From assembly GCA_905182725.1 (NCBI GenBank), contig CAJJCQ010000032.1, forward strand, positions 1 through 57,169: a stretch of DNA of 57,169 bases. The letters are read 5' to 3'. Within the stretch, counting starts at the first letter, position 1; each line of letters starts with the position of its first letter. Shown in pieces: positions 28,703-37,915 of the stretch. The translations under genes were made by a program, and so were the position numbers. The DNA comes from an uncultured Candidatus Poseidoniales archaeon. GTDB lineage: Archaea > Thermoplasmatota > Poseidoniia > Poseidoniales > Poseidoniaceae. The notes under the pieces were generated by a model. That model saw nothing but the letters and a program-made list of their open reading frames with translations, ran no database searches and was not told the origin of the DNA.

Positions 28703-28741
28703 GAACCCAACAACAATAACCCCGTTGTTAGATTTCAGTTC

Positions 28742-29197
28742 ATGCAAAGCCTCCCACCACCACCTGTGCCGCAAACAATTCAGCCGGTTGCCGCACCTAC
28801 GTCTCCGTATCAACCTGCAGCGGGTTTCCAGCAATCCGCAATGAGTTATTCCTTTCACCGTTGGATTATGCTCGGTGTGATTCTTCTTCTCGCTTCAGTG
28901 GTATTTATCGAAGTCATCGGTATGTTTGGTCCACCATCGATCGTTGATTACAACATGGAACAAGAAAATATAGCGGAGGTCATTGCAGATGATACCGAAG
29001 CACATACTGATTTAACACGGGTTATTTCTTCAGTTGGGAGTATTTTACAAGCCTTCGGTTTAGGTCTCATCGGCTATGCTTTGCTTCGTGAATCTCATGA
29101 TGGGAAAAATGAACACACTGCTTTACGAGTTACAGCAGTCATCGTTGGGATTTTGGTGCTTACCAGTATTGTCTCTCAACAAATCTCTCTCTTCTGA
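28742..29197 (+). CDS. small membrane protein with Pro/Gln-rich N-terminus (3 predicted TM)
   Basis: MQSLPPPPVPQTIQPVAAPTSPYQPAAGFQQS is followed by three hydrophobic helices. The gene is 39 nt downstream of arlJ on the same strand. Confidence 0.55.
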   Translation: MQSLPPPPVPQTIQPVAAPTSPYQPAAGFQQSAMSYSFHRWIMLGVILLLASVVFIEVIGMFGPPSIVDYNMEQENIAEVIADDTEAHTDLTRVISSVGSILQAFGLGLIGYALLRESHDGKNEHTALRVTAVIVGILVLTSIVSQQISLF

Positions 29198-29199
29198 GG

Positions 29200-29859
29200 T
29201 CAACGTTTCTTTTCGAGGGCAATACGCTTTTTTGTGGTCGACCATGAGCAAATTGAACATTGAGTGAGGTCATGTCCTCGTGCGGGGCAATATTCTCTCC
29301 CGAAAAAGATGATTTGCAAGTGTAACTTATTCCATAAATTCTTTGGAAATATTGCCTTCAAGTCACGTTCAGTACGTTCGACAGTGGTGTCATTGGACAA
29401 ACCCCAACGGGCAGCGAGGCGGTGAATGTGTGTGTCAATCGGGAAAGCAGGAACTCCGAAGGATTGTGCCATCACAACGCCCGCCGTTTTATGCCCGACA
29501 CCAGGTAAATTTTCGAGATGTTCGAAACTTTGAGGTACAACTCCAGCATGGCGTTCAATCAATAATTCAGACAACCGGCGGATATTCTTTGCTTTTGTAG
29601 GGGCTAATCCGACTTGCCGAATATCGTTAAGAATTGTTTCTACGCTGAGTTCTACCATCGCTTCGGGTGTTGGTGCTTTGGCAAATAAGGCCGGTGTCAC
29701 TTGGTTGACTTTGACATCTGTTGTTTGCGCACTCATCAATACCGCAACCAGTAATTGGAAGTCATTTTGGTGATCAAGCGGAACAGGCGTCTCAGGATAG
29801 AGTTCTTCCAGCATGGCAACAATACGTTCTGCCTTTTCGCTGCGTTTCATCTCATTCAC
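29200..29859 (-). CDS. nth: endonuclease III family DNA glycosylase/AP lyase
   Basis: The HhH-GPD motif LPGVGHKTAGVVM carries the catalytic Lys, and IDTHIHRLAARWGL the catalytic Asp. The C-terminal Cys cluster is CPARGHDLTQCSIC, with only three Cys. Confidence 0.85.
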   Translation of the reverse strand: MNEMKRSEKAERIVAMLEELYPETPVPLDHQNDFQLLVAVLMSAQTTDVKVNQVTPALFAKAPTPEAMVELSVETILNDIRQVGLAPTKAKNIRRLSELLIERHAGVVPQSFEHLENLPGVGHKTAGVVMAQSFGVPAFPIDTHIHRLAARWGLSNDTTVERTERDLKAIFPKNLWNKLHLQIIFFGREYCPARGHDLTQCSICSWSTTKKRIALEKKR

Positions 29860-30163
29860 CTTGGAGCGTCAACAGTTGTGGAGGTACTCGGTAAACGTAG
29901 TTGACATCTTTTCCGAGAAGTTGAACTTCCGATTTTTGAGTTTCAAACACAACGCGCTCCACTTTAGCATTAATACCATGCAATGGCATTGCTGCTGCAA
30001 ATTTCCCGTTTCGATAAAGAGTGAGACTTGTTTCGACTTTCTCAGGTGGTGAACTGAAGCAGAGGTGTTCTTCACTCCGTTCTACGTTGCCAGCTATGGA
30101 GAGGAAAAAGGATTCAAAAGAGTCAGCAAGTTCGGACCATTGCTCTATCTTGACACTGAACAT
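29852..30163 (-). CDS. hypothetical protein (103 aa)
   Basis: This ORF overlaps the nth start by 8 nt and lies 9 nt after the upstream small gene. No motif is recognised. Confidence 0.5.
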   Translation of the reverse strand: MFSVKIEQWSELADSFESFFLSIAGNVERSEEHLCFSSPPEKVETSLTLYRNGKFAAAMPLHGINAKVERVVFETQKSEVQLLGKDVNYVYRVPPQLLTLQGE

Positions 30164-30172
30164 TGAGTCACC

Positions 30173-30382
30173 TCAAGATTCAATTTGGACAGCATAGGCT
30201 TCACCGGTTTTCCATCCGAAAAGTACTCCCAGCGATACTGAAAGAAGTGGGATTCCGTTGCAAATAAGTGATTCCATAGGCTCAGTGTTCGGTTCACCAG
30301 CAAGATACCAAATGAGCATCGCCAAAAGAAGGCCAGGAATCAGCATGACAGCACCTATGATGAGGGTTCTCAAGAGACGCAT
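30173..30382 (-). CDS. small membrane protein (2 TM)
   Basis: Two hydrophobic helices are present (LIIGAVMLIPGLLLAMLIWYL and IPLLSVSLGVLFGW). It lies between polX and the nth-proximal ORF on the same strand. Confidence 0.45.
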   Translation of the reverse strand: MRLLRTLIIGAVMLIPGLLLAMLIWYLAGEPNTEPMESLICNGIPLLSVSLGVLFGWKTGEAYAVQIES

Positions 30383-30429
30383 ACCACTGCCAGCAAGCGG
30401 TGTGACATGAAGGTGTGGTTTGAATCACT

Positions 30430-32367
30430 TCAAGCAAGTCGTCGAGACAGTTCTTCTCCAGAAAGGGAATTCAAGACATTTTGCGATTCAATCCAGCCTT
30501 TACGAGCAGCCATCACTCCGTAGCTGATATCCGCTAAACCACGAATTGAATGGGCGTCTGGATTGATGATAATAGGGACGCCTAACCCCTTTGCGTGTTT
30601 GCACAAGCGCCAATCTAAATCTAATCGGTATGGGCTTGCATTCAATTCCACAGCCTTCAACTGGCCATCTTCGTTCTGGTCAGCCATGTATTCGAGCACA
30701 GCAAATAAGTCCACTTCGTATCCATCTCGTCCTTGCAGTATTCTTCCAGTCGGATGGCCAAGTATGGTGGTCGAAGGATGGTCGAGACAACGCATCAATT
30801 CTTCTGTATTCTGAACTTCATCCCGAGCCTTCCACTTCGAAATGGCATGGACAGATGCGACGGTGTAATCCAGTTCTCCAAGCACATCATCGGGATGATC
30901 GAGTTTTCCACCTTCAAGAATATCCGATTCAACACCATGGAACAAACGGAAATCTACGCCCTCATTCGCCCATGCGCTGTTGTATTCACGAATGGTAGCA
31001 CCTTGCTGCAGCAAATCTTCAGCACTTGCACCGTTTGCAATTTTCAGAGTGGGTGAATGGTCAGCAACCCCCAGCCAATTCCAGCCCATTTTCCGAGCAG
31101 TGTCTGCCATTTGCTCAAGTGTTGCTTCGCCATCAGATAACGTCGTATGATTATGTAGAGCTCCACGAATATCCTTTCCCGTGAGTAGCGTCGGTAATCC
31201 AGAGGATTCTGCTGCCAATATTTCGCCGGTATCTTCCCGTAGTTCAGGTGTGACCCATTCAAGGTCAAGATGGCGATAAATCTCTTCTTCATTGGTAGCA
31301 GGGAGTGAGAATTGTGCCGCAGCCATCCCTTTCAAATCTCCAGCCTTTGCATCGGGGATGAGTCCGAATTCATTGAGTTTCAAGCCTCGGTCAATCGCTC
31401 GTTGACGCATGGCGATGTTGTGCTCTTTGCTTCCGGTAAAATAGGCTAAGGTGAAAGGGAACACTTCAGGAGGGACCAACCGAACTTGTGCGTCAATCGT
31501 GCCACCACTTTCCAATTGCTCGTAATCTTCGCCGCCAATGGCATCCAATACATTCGGGTCAATATGGCCAACAGTGAATCCGCCTTCGAACACACTCGTA
31601 TCAAGAATGATACTGATTTTTGAATCCCCTGCACCCTTCACATCAGCAATGCCAGGTAACCCGAGAATTGCTTCCGACACCATTCCACGATTTTCATCCT
31701 TGACAGCGACAACCAAATCCAAATCTCCAATTGTTTCTTTGCGACGTCGAGCACTCCCTGCTAACTGCGCTTTTATGACGCCATCGATTGCTGCGATTTT
31801 GGTTTGAAAAGCCTCACCATACATCAACCCAACATCGAGTCTTCGCCGTGCTCTAAAGCGCGCCAGTAATTCGATACCATTCAGCATCCGTTGTTGGGAC
31901 TTTTCACCGAATCCTTTCATCGGGGCAATCAGTCCATCAAGCGCTGCCAGTTTCAAAGTTGCAACAGAATCAACGCCTAATTCCTCGTTCATCAATTTGA
32001 TTCGCTTTGGCCCAAGGCCAGGGATGCCGAGCATTTCGATCAAACCTTTCGGTGTTTGTTCGTGCAGGTCAACCCAGTCACTTGGCCAACGCCCTTCTCC
32101 AATGGCTTGAGTGAGGGCAGAACCAAGTCCTTTTCCAATACCTTTCATCTCAAACAAGCGCCCAGTGGCTACGAGTTCACCTAAATCTTCGGTCAGTCCA
32201 CCAAGCATTCTGCTTACATTTTGATATGAACGAACACGGAATACATTTGCCCCATTGAGTTCGAGTAGAACCGCCACTTGGTGCAGAACCGAAGCGATTT
32301 GATTCCGTGAAAAATAAGGTGGACCGTTTGGACGTGCCTTCGGGAGTGTGAAACCGCCACCTGCCAT
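30430..32367 (-). CDS. polX: family X DNA polymerase with C-terminal PHP phosphoesterase domain
   Basis: Helix-hairpin-helix motifs are present (GIGKGLG, IPGLGPKRI). The nucleotidyltransferase motif is GSARRRKETIGDLDLVV. The PHP motif is ALHNHTTLSDG, with later HSPT and DAHS motifs. Confidence 0.9.
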   Translation of the reverse strand: MAGGGFTLPKARPNGPPYFSRNQIASVLHQVAVLLELNGANVFRVRSYQNVSRMLGGLTEDLGELVATGRLFEMKGIGKGLGSALTQAIGEGRWPSDWVDLHEQTPKGLIEMLGIPGLGPKRIKLMNEELGVDSVATLKLAALDGLIAPMKGFGEKSQQRMLNGIELLARFRARRRLDVGLMYGEAFQTKIAAIDGVIKAQLAGSARRRKETIGDLDLVVAVKDENRGMVSEAILGLPGIADVKGAGDSKISIILDTSVFEGGFTVGHIDPNVLDAIGGEDYEQLESGGTIDAQVRLVPPEVFPFTLAYFTGSKEHNIAMRQRAIDRGLKLNEFGLIPDAKAGDLKGMAAAQFSLPATNEEEIYRHLDLEWVTPELREDTGEILAAESSGLPTLLTGKDIRGALHNHTTLSDGEATLEQMADTARKMGWNWLGVADHSPTLKIANGASAEDLLQQGATIREYNSAWANEGVDFRLFHGVESDILEGGKLDHPDDVLGELDYTVASVHAISKWKARDEVQNTEELMRCLDHPSTTILGHPTGRILQGRDGYEVDLFAVLEYMADQNEDGQLKAVELNASPYRLDLDWRLCKHAKGLGVPIIINPDAHSIRGLADISYGVMAARKGWIESQNVLNSLSGEELSRRLA

Positions 32368-32458
32368 GGTCTCTGATACACTCGACCCTTCTCAAACATT
32401 GCTCTCTGCATTCTCAATGAAACTTCATGTTGAAGAACCATAAGTCACAGGCCCTTCC

Positions 32459-32788
32459 ATGGTCAGTCCCGATTCCATCGAACTTCTGGCCGAATTGCTT
32501 TGCGGTGTTTCAGCATTTTTGTTCACCTTTATTGCAACTTTTTCACGCTCAGAAAAAGCAGAAAACATCGTTCAGAATATAATTGCACTTTGTTTAATTG
32601 CAGCAGCAGCCGTACTCTGGTGGCTTTCACTCTCTGGTGGAGACTTATGGGGTTCGAATTACCTTCCAAAACCACTTTCGTTGATCTGTATTGTTATTGC
32701 CATTTCTGCTCGAATGAATATCAAAGGCGAAAATGTTTCTTTTGGAGCGAATCCGCATACCATCGGTAAATCGGACGAAGAAGAGTAA
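32459..32788 (+). CDS. small membrane protein (3 TM)
   Basis: Three hydrophobic helices are seen. The stop codon directly abuts the stop of the convergent nfu-like gene. Confidence 0.5.
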   Translation: MVSPDSIELLAELLCGVSAFLFTFIATFSRSEKAENIVQNIIALCLIAAAAVLWWLSLSGGDLWGSNYLPKPLSLICIVIAISARMNIKGENVSFGANPHTIGKSDEEE

Positions 32789-33127
32789 TCAGATGATTTC
32801 GCCACGAGGTTGTGACGAATCAGTATCAACGGGTTCTGTGCTCGTAGCTTCCTTTTCCATTTTTTTATCGATGAATGTACGCATGTACTCCGGAAGTTCA
32901 CCGTTGACAAAAATCACATCGTTAATGTGATCGAGTTTCTTCAGAGAATAGTAGATCTGCATGGCAGTCATTGGCGTTGAAGAACAACCAGTACATCCAC
33001 CATCGAGTGATAGCATGATATTTCCATCGGTTGTATCCAACACCGTAACAACACCATCGTGCTCATCAAGGATCTCTTGAACTGGGCCAATTTCGGCCAA
33101 GACCTCCTCTGCAGTGATGCTCATCAT
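32789..33127 (-). CDS. NifU C-terminal (Nfu-type) Fe-S cluster scaffold/carrier domain protein
   Basis: The DGGCTGCSSTPMT CxxC motif is preceded by a GNIMLSLDG beta-strand, as in Nfu domains. Confidence 0.75.
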   Translation of the reverse strand: MMSITAEEVLAEIGPVQEILDEHDGVVTVLDTTDGNIMLSLDGGCTGCSSTPMTAMQIYYSLKKLDHINDVIFVNGELPEYMRTFIDKKMEKEATSTEPVDTDSSQPRGEII

Positions 33128-33291
33128 TCTAGCGCTGTGGTATCTCCCCTTTCAATAATTGCTTGCTCAAGTTCACCTGTTCCTTCTTACGGAATCAATC
33201 CATACCCCCCGAAAAGCGGTGCTGAGGGTGATTTTTTTGGGGAACCACTTATGAAGGGTTCTTTGGTCGCCGGCATTACAGGTGTTCTATA

Positions 33292-35433
33292 ATGATGGAT
33301 AATATACCAATGATTGCTGCTGCAGCAGGTCTTGTCGGACTTGTGATTGCGTTTGTACTGTATCAACAAGTCAATAAAGTCAAAATTGATGACGAAAAAG
33401 TTGCCAGTATTACCAAAGAAATTCAAGATGGCGCAATGGCGTTCCTCTGGGCTGAATACAAAGTTCTCTCTATCTTCGTAGTTGTCGTCGGTGCACTTCT
33501 TGCCTTCTTGAATAATATGGATACATCCATTGCTTTCTTTGGCGGTGCTCTTGCTTCAGTCATCGCAGGATTCTGCGGAATGCGTGCGGCTACTTCTGCA
33601 AACGGCAGAACTACCATGGCTGCTAAGACTGACGGTCGAGCTGGTGCTTTGGCTGTTTCATACAACGGTGGAGCCGTTATGGGCCTCTCTGTTGGCGGCC
33701 TTGGACTTCTCGGAATCTCACTGGTCGCATTCTGGCTTGGTGCCGGAGATGAGGGCTCGAACCTTTCCGCAGCTGCAGGATTCGGAATGGGTGCTTCATC
33801 CATTGCCCTCTTTGCTCGTGTCGGTGGCGGCATTTACACCAAGGCTGCTGACGTCGGTGCTGACCTTGTTGGTAAAGTCGAAGCAGGTATTCCTGAAGAC
33901 GATCCGCGAAATCCTGGTGTTATCGCCGATAACGTCGGTGACAACGTCGGTGACGTTGCTGGAATGGGCGCAGATATCTTCGAATCCTTCGTTGGTTCAA
34001 TTATCGCAGCAATGATTATTGCAAGCTCTGATGGTTTTGGCGGAGATGGCTTTACAGGTTCTTCTGATTACGTCATGATGCCAATCATGCTCGGTCTCAT
34101 TGGTTACCTTGCATCCATTATAGGCGTCTTCTCGATGTATGTTCTCAAGAACGGTAAGGATGCAGCAGCTGCCCTTCGTAACACTACTTTCATTGCAGCA
34201 GTTCTGTTTTGGGCTGGTGGCTATCTTTCCATCAATCAAGGCTGGATTGATGTAGTTCCTGGCGTCATGCACTCAGTCGTTCTGGGTAGTATCGTCGGTA
34301 TCCTGATCGGAATTGTCACAGAATACTATACTGGTATTGAACCCGTCTTCGGAATTAAAACCAAGGCAATTCAACACATTGGACACATGTCAAAAACAGG
34401 TCCAGCAACCAATGCAATTGCAGGTCTCTCTGTTGGCATGATGTCGACCTTCGTTCCAATCTTGCTCATTGCAGCAGGTATCCTTGGAGCAAATCACTTC
34501 GGTGGTACGGACTACGGCCTCTACTGCATTGCTATGGCTGCAATGGGCATGCTGGCTACAGTCGGTGTTACCATGACCGTCGATGCTTACGGTCCAGTTG
34601 TTGACAATGCAGGTGGAATCGCTGAGATGAGTGGTCTAGGTGCTGATGTCCGAGCAATCACAGATGAACTCGATACGATTGGAAACACAACTGCTGCAGT
34701 TGGCAAAGGATTCGCTATTGGGTCTGCTGCTTTGACTGCACTCGCTTTATTTGCTGCCTACATGGCTGCAATTGAGGGGGAGATGGACTTGTCACTCGAT
34801 AACCCCCTGGTAGTCGTTGGACTTCTCATCGGTGGCGGTCTACCCTTCGTCGTTGCTGCAATGACCATGACGTCAGTCGGAAAGGCAGCAGGCGATATGG
34901 TTGTTGAAATCCGACGACAATTCGCAGTCATGCGAACGGCGCTCGAAGCAGATACACCAGAAGGTGTTGATGTTTCAGATGTCTTAACATGGCCAACTCA
35001 AATTGAAGCCGAAGGGGTCATGTATCCCGACAGTGCTTCCTGTGTTGATATTTCTACCAAGGCTGCCCTGCGAGAAATGGTCGGGCCTGGTGTTGTTGCT
35101 ATCGTCGCTCCAGTTGCAGTAGGTCTTGCACTTGGTTCGGAAGCACTCGGTGGTCTTCTTGCAGGTTCTTTGGTCACAGGTGTTCTCATGGCTTTGTTCA
35201 TGGCGAACGCTGGTGGTGCTTGGGACAATGCAAAGAAAGCAATCGAACAAGGCCACATCGAAGGTGCAAAGAAAGGCGATGATGCTCACGAAGCAGCTGT
35301 TATCGGCGACACCATCGGAGACCCATTCAAGGACACATCGGGTCCATCGCTCAATATTCTCATCAAATTGATGGCTATTGTCGCAGTTGTTCTTGCCGGA
35401 ACCGGTCAACTCTCAAAAACCGGACTTCTTTGA
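33292..35433 (+). CDS. hppA: membrane-bound ion-translocating pyrophosphatase, K+-dependent subtype
   Basis: Signature motifs are [36 protein letters not shown] and [33 protein letters not shown] carries Ala, not Lys, at the K+-dependence position. Alternative ATGs lie at 33295 and 33310. Confidence 0.95.
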   Translation: MMDNIPMIAAAAGLVGLVIAFVLYQQVNKVKIDDEKVASITKEIQDGAMAFLWAEYKVLSIFVVVVGALLAFLNNMDTSIAFFGGALASVIAGFCGMRAATSANGRTTMAAKTDGRAGALAVSYNGGAVMGLSVGGLGLLGISLVAFWLGAGDEGSNLSAAAGFGMGASSIALFARVGGGIYTKAADVGADLVGKVEAGIPEDDPRNPGVIADNVGDNVGDVAGMGADIFESFVGSIIAAMIIASSDGFGGDGFTGSSDYVMMPIMLGLIGYLASIIGVFSMYVLKNGKDAAAALRNTTFIAAVLFWAGGYLSINQGWIDVVPGVMHSVVLGSIVGILIGIVTEYYTGIEPVFGIKTKAIQHIGHMSKTGPATNAIAGLSVGMMSTFVPILLIAAGILGANHFGGTDYGLYCIAMAAMGMLATVGVTMTVDAYGPVVDNAGGIAEMSGLGADVRAITDELDTIGNTTAAVGKGFAIGSAALTALALFAAYMAAIEGEMDLSLDNPLVVVGLLIGGGLPFVVAAMTMTSVGKAAGDMVVEIRRQFAVMRTALEADTPEGVDVSDVLTWPTQIEAEGVMYPDSASCVDISTKAALREMVGPGVVAIVAPVAVGLALGSEALGGLLAGSLVTGVLMALFMANAGGAWDNAKKAIEQGHIEGAKKGDDAHEAAVIGDTIGDPFKDTSGPSLNILIKLMAIVAVVLAGTGQLSKTGLL

Positions 35434-35475
35434 TTCCCTTCGAAGCGTTAGGCTCTTGAAGAATGTCCGTTAGGG

Positions 35476-36453
35476 ATGGCCATGGGCCGTAGGTTCGAAG
35501 TCACCGTGATGTTGCTGCTCTTGCTTTGTACCAGTGTTTTAGCTGGTTGTACAACAGGATCGTTAGCATCATCTGAAAGTGACTCAACGACTGAAGAACA
35601 GAAACTCCTTCCTGAATGGGAAGTTGGTAATCAGTGGCTCTATACCTTCATCACGCCTCAATTTGGTGAAGACAGTGCTCGATTAGTCGTTGCCGAAGTT
35701 GACACTGAAGAAGGCGTCTACACACTCGGCATCTCTTCTGAGCGAGAGGCACAACGTCACGCAGTCATCAATCATAATCCATTTATTGGAAGAATCACCC
35801 TCGATGGATTATCCGTCTATGAAAACGGTGATCCACAACCCGTCTTCTCCTTCCCATGGACAGTAGGTGATACTTGGGGATTCACTTTGTTCGGTCAAGA
35901 TTGGACAGCAACAACTGACTCAATCAACAACGGTAACGCTCGCGTTACAGCAACATCGGCTGAAGGACACGAAATATCCTACACCTTCAGTGGCTCCAAG
36001 GGATTCCTTGAAAACTTTGTTTGGCGTGACGCAGAAGATGTTCGACAGTTACGAATGGACCTGAATGTTGCTCGAGACAGCTACAGTGGCGATGTCTACT
36101 TTTACCGTGCTCGGGATTTACTGGACAGCCTCTATGAAGAAAATGATCAAGAAGCCTATGATACATTCCTCGATGAAGGCCATCCCTCGGAAGGCGATTG
36201 GAATACTCTGGTTTGGTATCTCGATGTCGAAATAGCGAGCAATGGTCCAAGTTCGGGTTCTTTATCGATGAAGGACCATGCTGGTGCTTCACCTTTGACT
36301 CGTGCCTGGGGTGCAGGGGCGACCGAGAAAGGAGCCATCGGAACGATTCCCTCGAATTCCGGCGAGTATTCGCTGACCGTAACGGTTCGCGGACCTGAGT
36401 CGTTTATTCACCTCAAAGTCGCAGGCGCACTCGTGTTCCAATGGGAACTGTGA
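35476..36453 (+). CDS. hypothetical secreted lipoprotein
   Basis: The signal peptide has a lipobox-like LLLLLCTSVLAGC. The remainder is soluble and beta-rich, with no motif recognised. Confidence 0.6.
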   Translation: MAMGRRFEVTVMLLLLLCTSVLAGCTTGSLASSESDSTTEEQKLLPEWEVGNQWLYTFITPQFGEDSARLVVAEVDTEEGVYTLGISSEREAQRHAVINHNPFIGRITLDGLSVYENGDPQPVFSFPWTVGDTWGFTLFGQDWTATTDSINNGNARVTATSAEGHEISYTFSGSKGFLENFVWRDAEDVRQLRMDLNVARDSYSGDVYFYRARDLLDSLYEENDQEAYDTFLDEGHPSEGDWNTLVWYLDVEIASNGPSSGSLSMKDHAGASPLTRAWGAGATEKGAIGTIPSNSGEYSLTVTVRGPESFIHLKVAGALVFQWEL

Positions 36454-36462
36454 GGGTTACCT

Positions 36463-37077
36463 TTGCCTACGCTCATCATGATGCATGGAATGACTGGCGA
36501 TGCCAGTATGATGCGCCCTTTTGCCGAAAAGATTCTTCCAGATGGTTGGACTCTTATCGTTCCTGAAGCTCGATATTCTCATCCTCGACGTGGTCGAACT
36601 TGGTGGCGATATGAGGACGAAGACGCAGATGCGACACGACGAATGACACTGTCACGTAGAGAACTCATCGATGTCGATTCTTCACTTTCACAACTCGAAC
36701 AACTCATTGCAGAGCATGCACCACTCGGGCCATTAGTGGTTGGTGGGTTTTCTCAAGGCGGCGCAATGGCACAAGAAATGTTGCAGTTACCACTTGCTGA
36801 CCGAATCGTTGGTGTTGTGGCCATGGGTACGCGATTAGTGCGGGAAATGGAACTTCGGCTTCGACTGGCAGAACTTGGGCCAAAGCATTTGTTTTGGATG
36901 CATGGTGAACGTGATTTGAGAGTTTCAATTCAAGACGGTTGGGCGGTTGCTCACGTGTTTGAATCTGCGGGTTGGGCGATGGAATTGATTGAGCACCCGA
37001 AGGGTCACATGATTCCAATGGAGCATCATGGTGCGTTGAAGGAATGGTTAACTGCGCTGTCGCAAATACGGTTGTAA
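36463..37077 (+). CDS. alpha/beta hydrolase, phospholipase/carboxylesterase-like
   Basis: The nucleophile elbow is GFSQGGAMA. Late D and H contexts are HGERD and PKGHMIP. The start is TTG. Confidence 0.7.
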   Translation: MPTLIMMHGMTGDASMMRPFAEKILPDGWTLIVPEARYSHPRRGRTWWRYEDEDADATRRMTLSRRELIDVDSSLSQLEQLIAEHAPLGPLVVGGFSQGGAMAQEMLQLPLADRIVGVVAMGTRLVREMELRLRLAELGPKHLFWMHGERDLRVSIQDGWAVAHVFESAGWAMELIEHPKGHMIPMEHHGALKEWLTALSQIRL

Positions 37078-37332
37078 TTGGTCATATCCACCAATGTACA
37101 CGGGTTGTTCACCTTTGATGTCAAAAATTACTGGGACAGTGCGATGTCCAGTTGCATCAACAATTTTCTGACGCAAATCCGGGACTTCATCGAAATTAAA
37201 CTCGGTGAATGTGAGTTCTTTACGGTCAAGTAAACGCTTGGCTGCAGTGCAATATCCGCAGAAGTTCCCTGTGTAGATGAGGAACTCTGTATCTATTTGC
37301 TTGGCTTGTTCGACGAGGAATTCTTCGCTCAT
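37048..37332 (-). CDS. glutaredoxin
   Basis: CGYC is the active site. RTVPVIFD and IGGYD are glutathione-site-like motifs. The 3' end overlaps the convergent hydrolase gene by 30 nt. Confidence 0.8.
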   Translation of the reverse strand: MSEEFLVEQAKQIDTEFLIYTGNFCGYCTAAKRLLDRKELTFTEFNFDEVPDLRQKIVDATGHRTVPVIFDIKGEQPVYIGGYDQLQPYLRQRS

Positions 37333-37368
37333 GTATTCAACTCTTGGGCAGCCTACTTGAGGCTATGC

Positions 37369-37836
37369 CTATAGTGACACGACTTCGTAATCAGGGGAGC
37401 CTTCATTACTCACAAGGAATGCATGGATGTGGGGTAGAGATTTTTGGATTTGATCCGGCTGAATACGATAGACCTTCGTTTTCACACCCCATTTTGGACC
37501 CATTCGACTCAACACTTCCATGGTTAGCGAACCAAGTCCGTGAACATCATCGAGGGCTACTCCCGTTGTCGCTCCTTTTCTCATGGCTCCTTTGGTCGAG
37601 GATTGGTCGGTGATGACAACCATTCGTTCAAGAGAAGCGCCTTCGATCTCATCGAGAGCTTCACGCATCAAGCCAATGGTTCCAGCCAAACGCTCCGACG
37701 GGTTTGATGATCGATTGTCAAAACTTTCAACGACAACGACATTTGCATCTTGAATTCGACCCACTGAAGTACAACCTTCTTGTGTTAGGTAGTCTGGAAC
37801 GGGGCCTCCTTTTCCGAAGTAGAACAGTCGAGGCAT
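37369..37836 (-). CDS. hypothetical protein (155 aa)
   Basis: Alternating beta-alpha pattern (LFYFGKGG, VVVVESF, MVVITDQ) suggests a Rossmann-like fold. No family is recognised. Confidence 0.5.
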   Translation of the reverse strand: MPRLFYFGKGGPVPDYLTQEGCTSVGRIQDANVVVVESFDNRSSNPSERLAGTIGLMREALDEIEGASLERMVVITDQSSTKGAMRKGATTGVALDDVHGLGSLTMEVLSRMGPKWGVKTKVYRIQPDQIQKSLPHIHAFLVSNEGSPDYEVVSL

Positions 37837-37915
37837 GGTAATTCCAAACGATTCCCGGTCATGTTCTTTGCCCTCTATCCCAACGAAAGTGTTATGTTAA
37901 ACCGGGTTAAAAATA

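Noticed and set aside
33201-33242. A possible C6...T7-G4 hairpin or riboswitch-like element upstream of hppA.
   Set aside because: Only a 4-bp C/G stem with a ~28-nt loop can be drawn. There is no conserved riboswitch motif that I recognise, so the support is insufficient.
33423-34015. ORFs 33423-33833(-) and 33530-34015(+) within the pyrophosphatase gene.
   Set aside because: They are alternate-frame artefacts of a Gly/Ala/Val-rich membrane protein gene. The hppA frame carries multiple diagnostic motifs.
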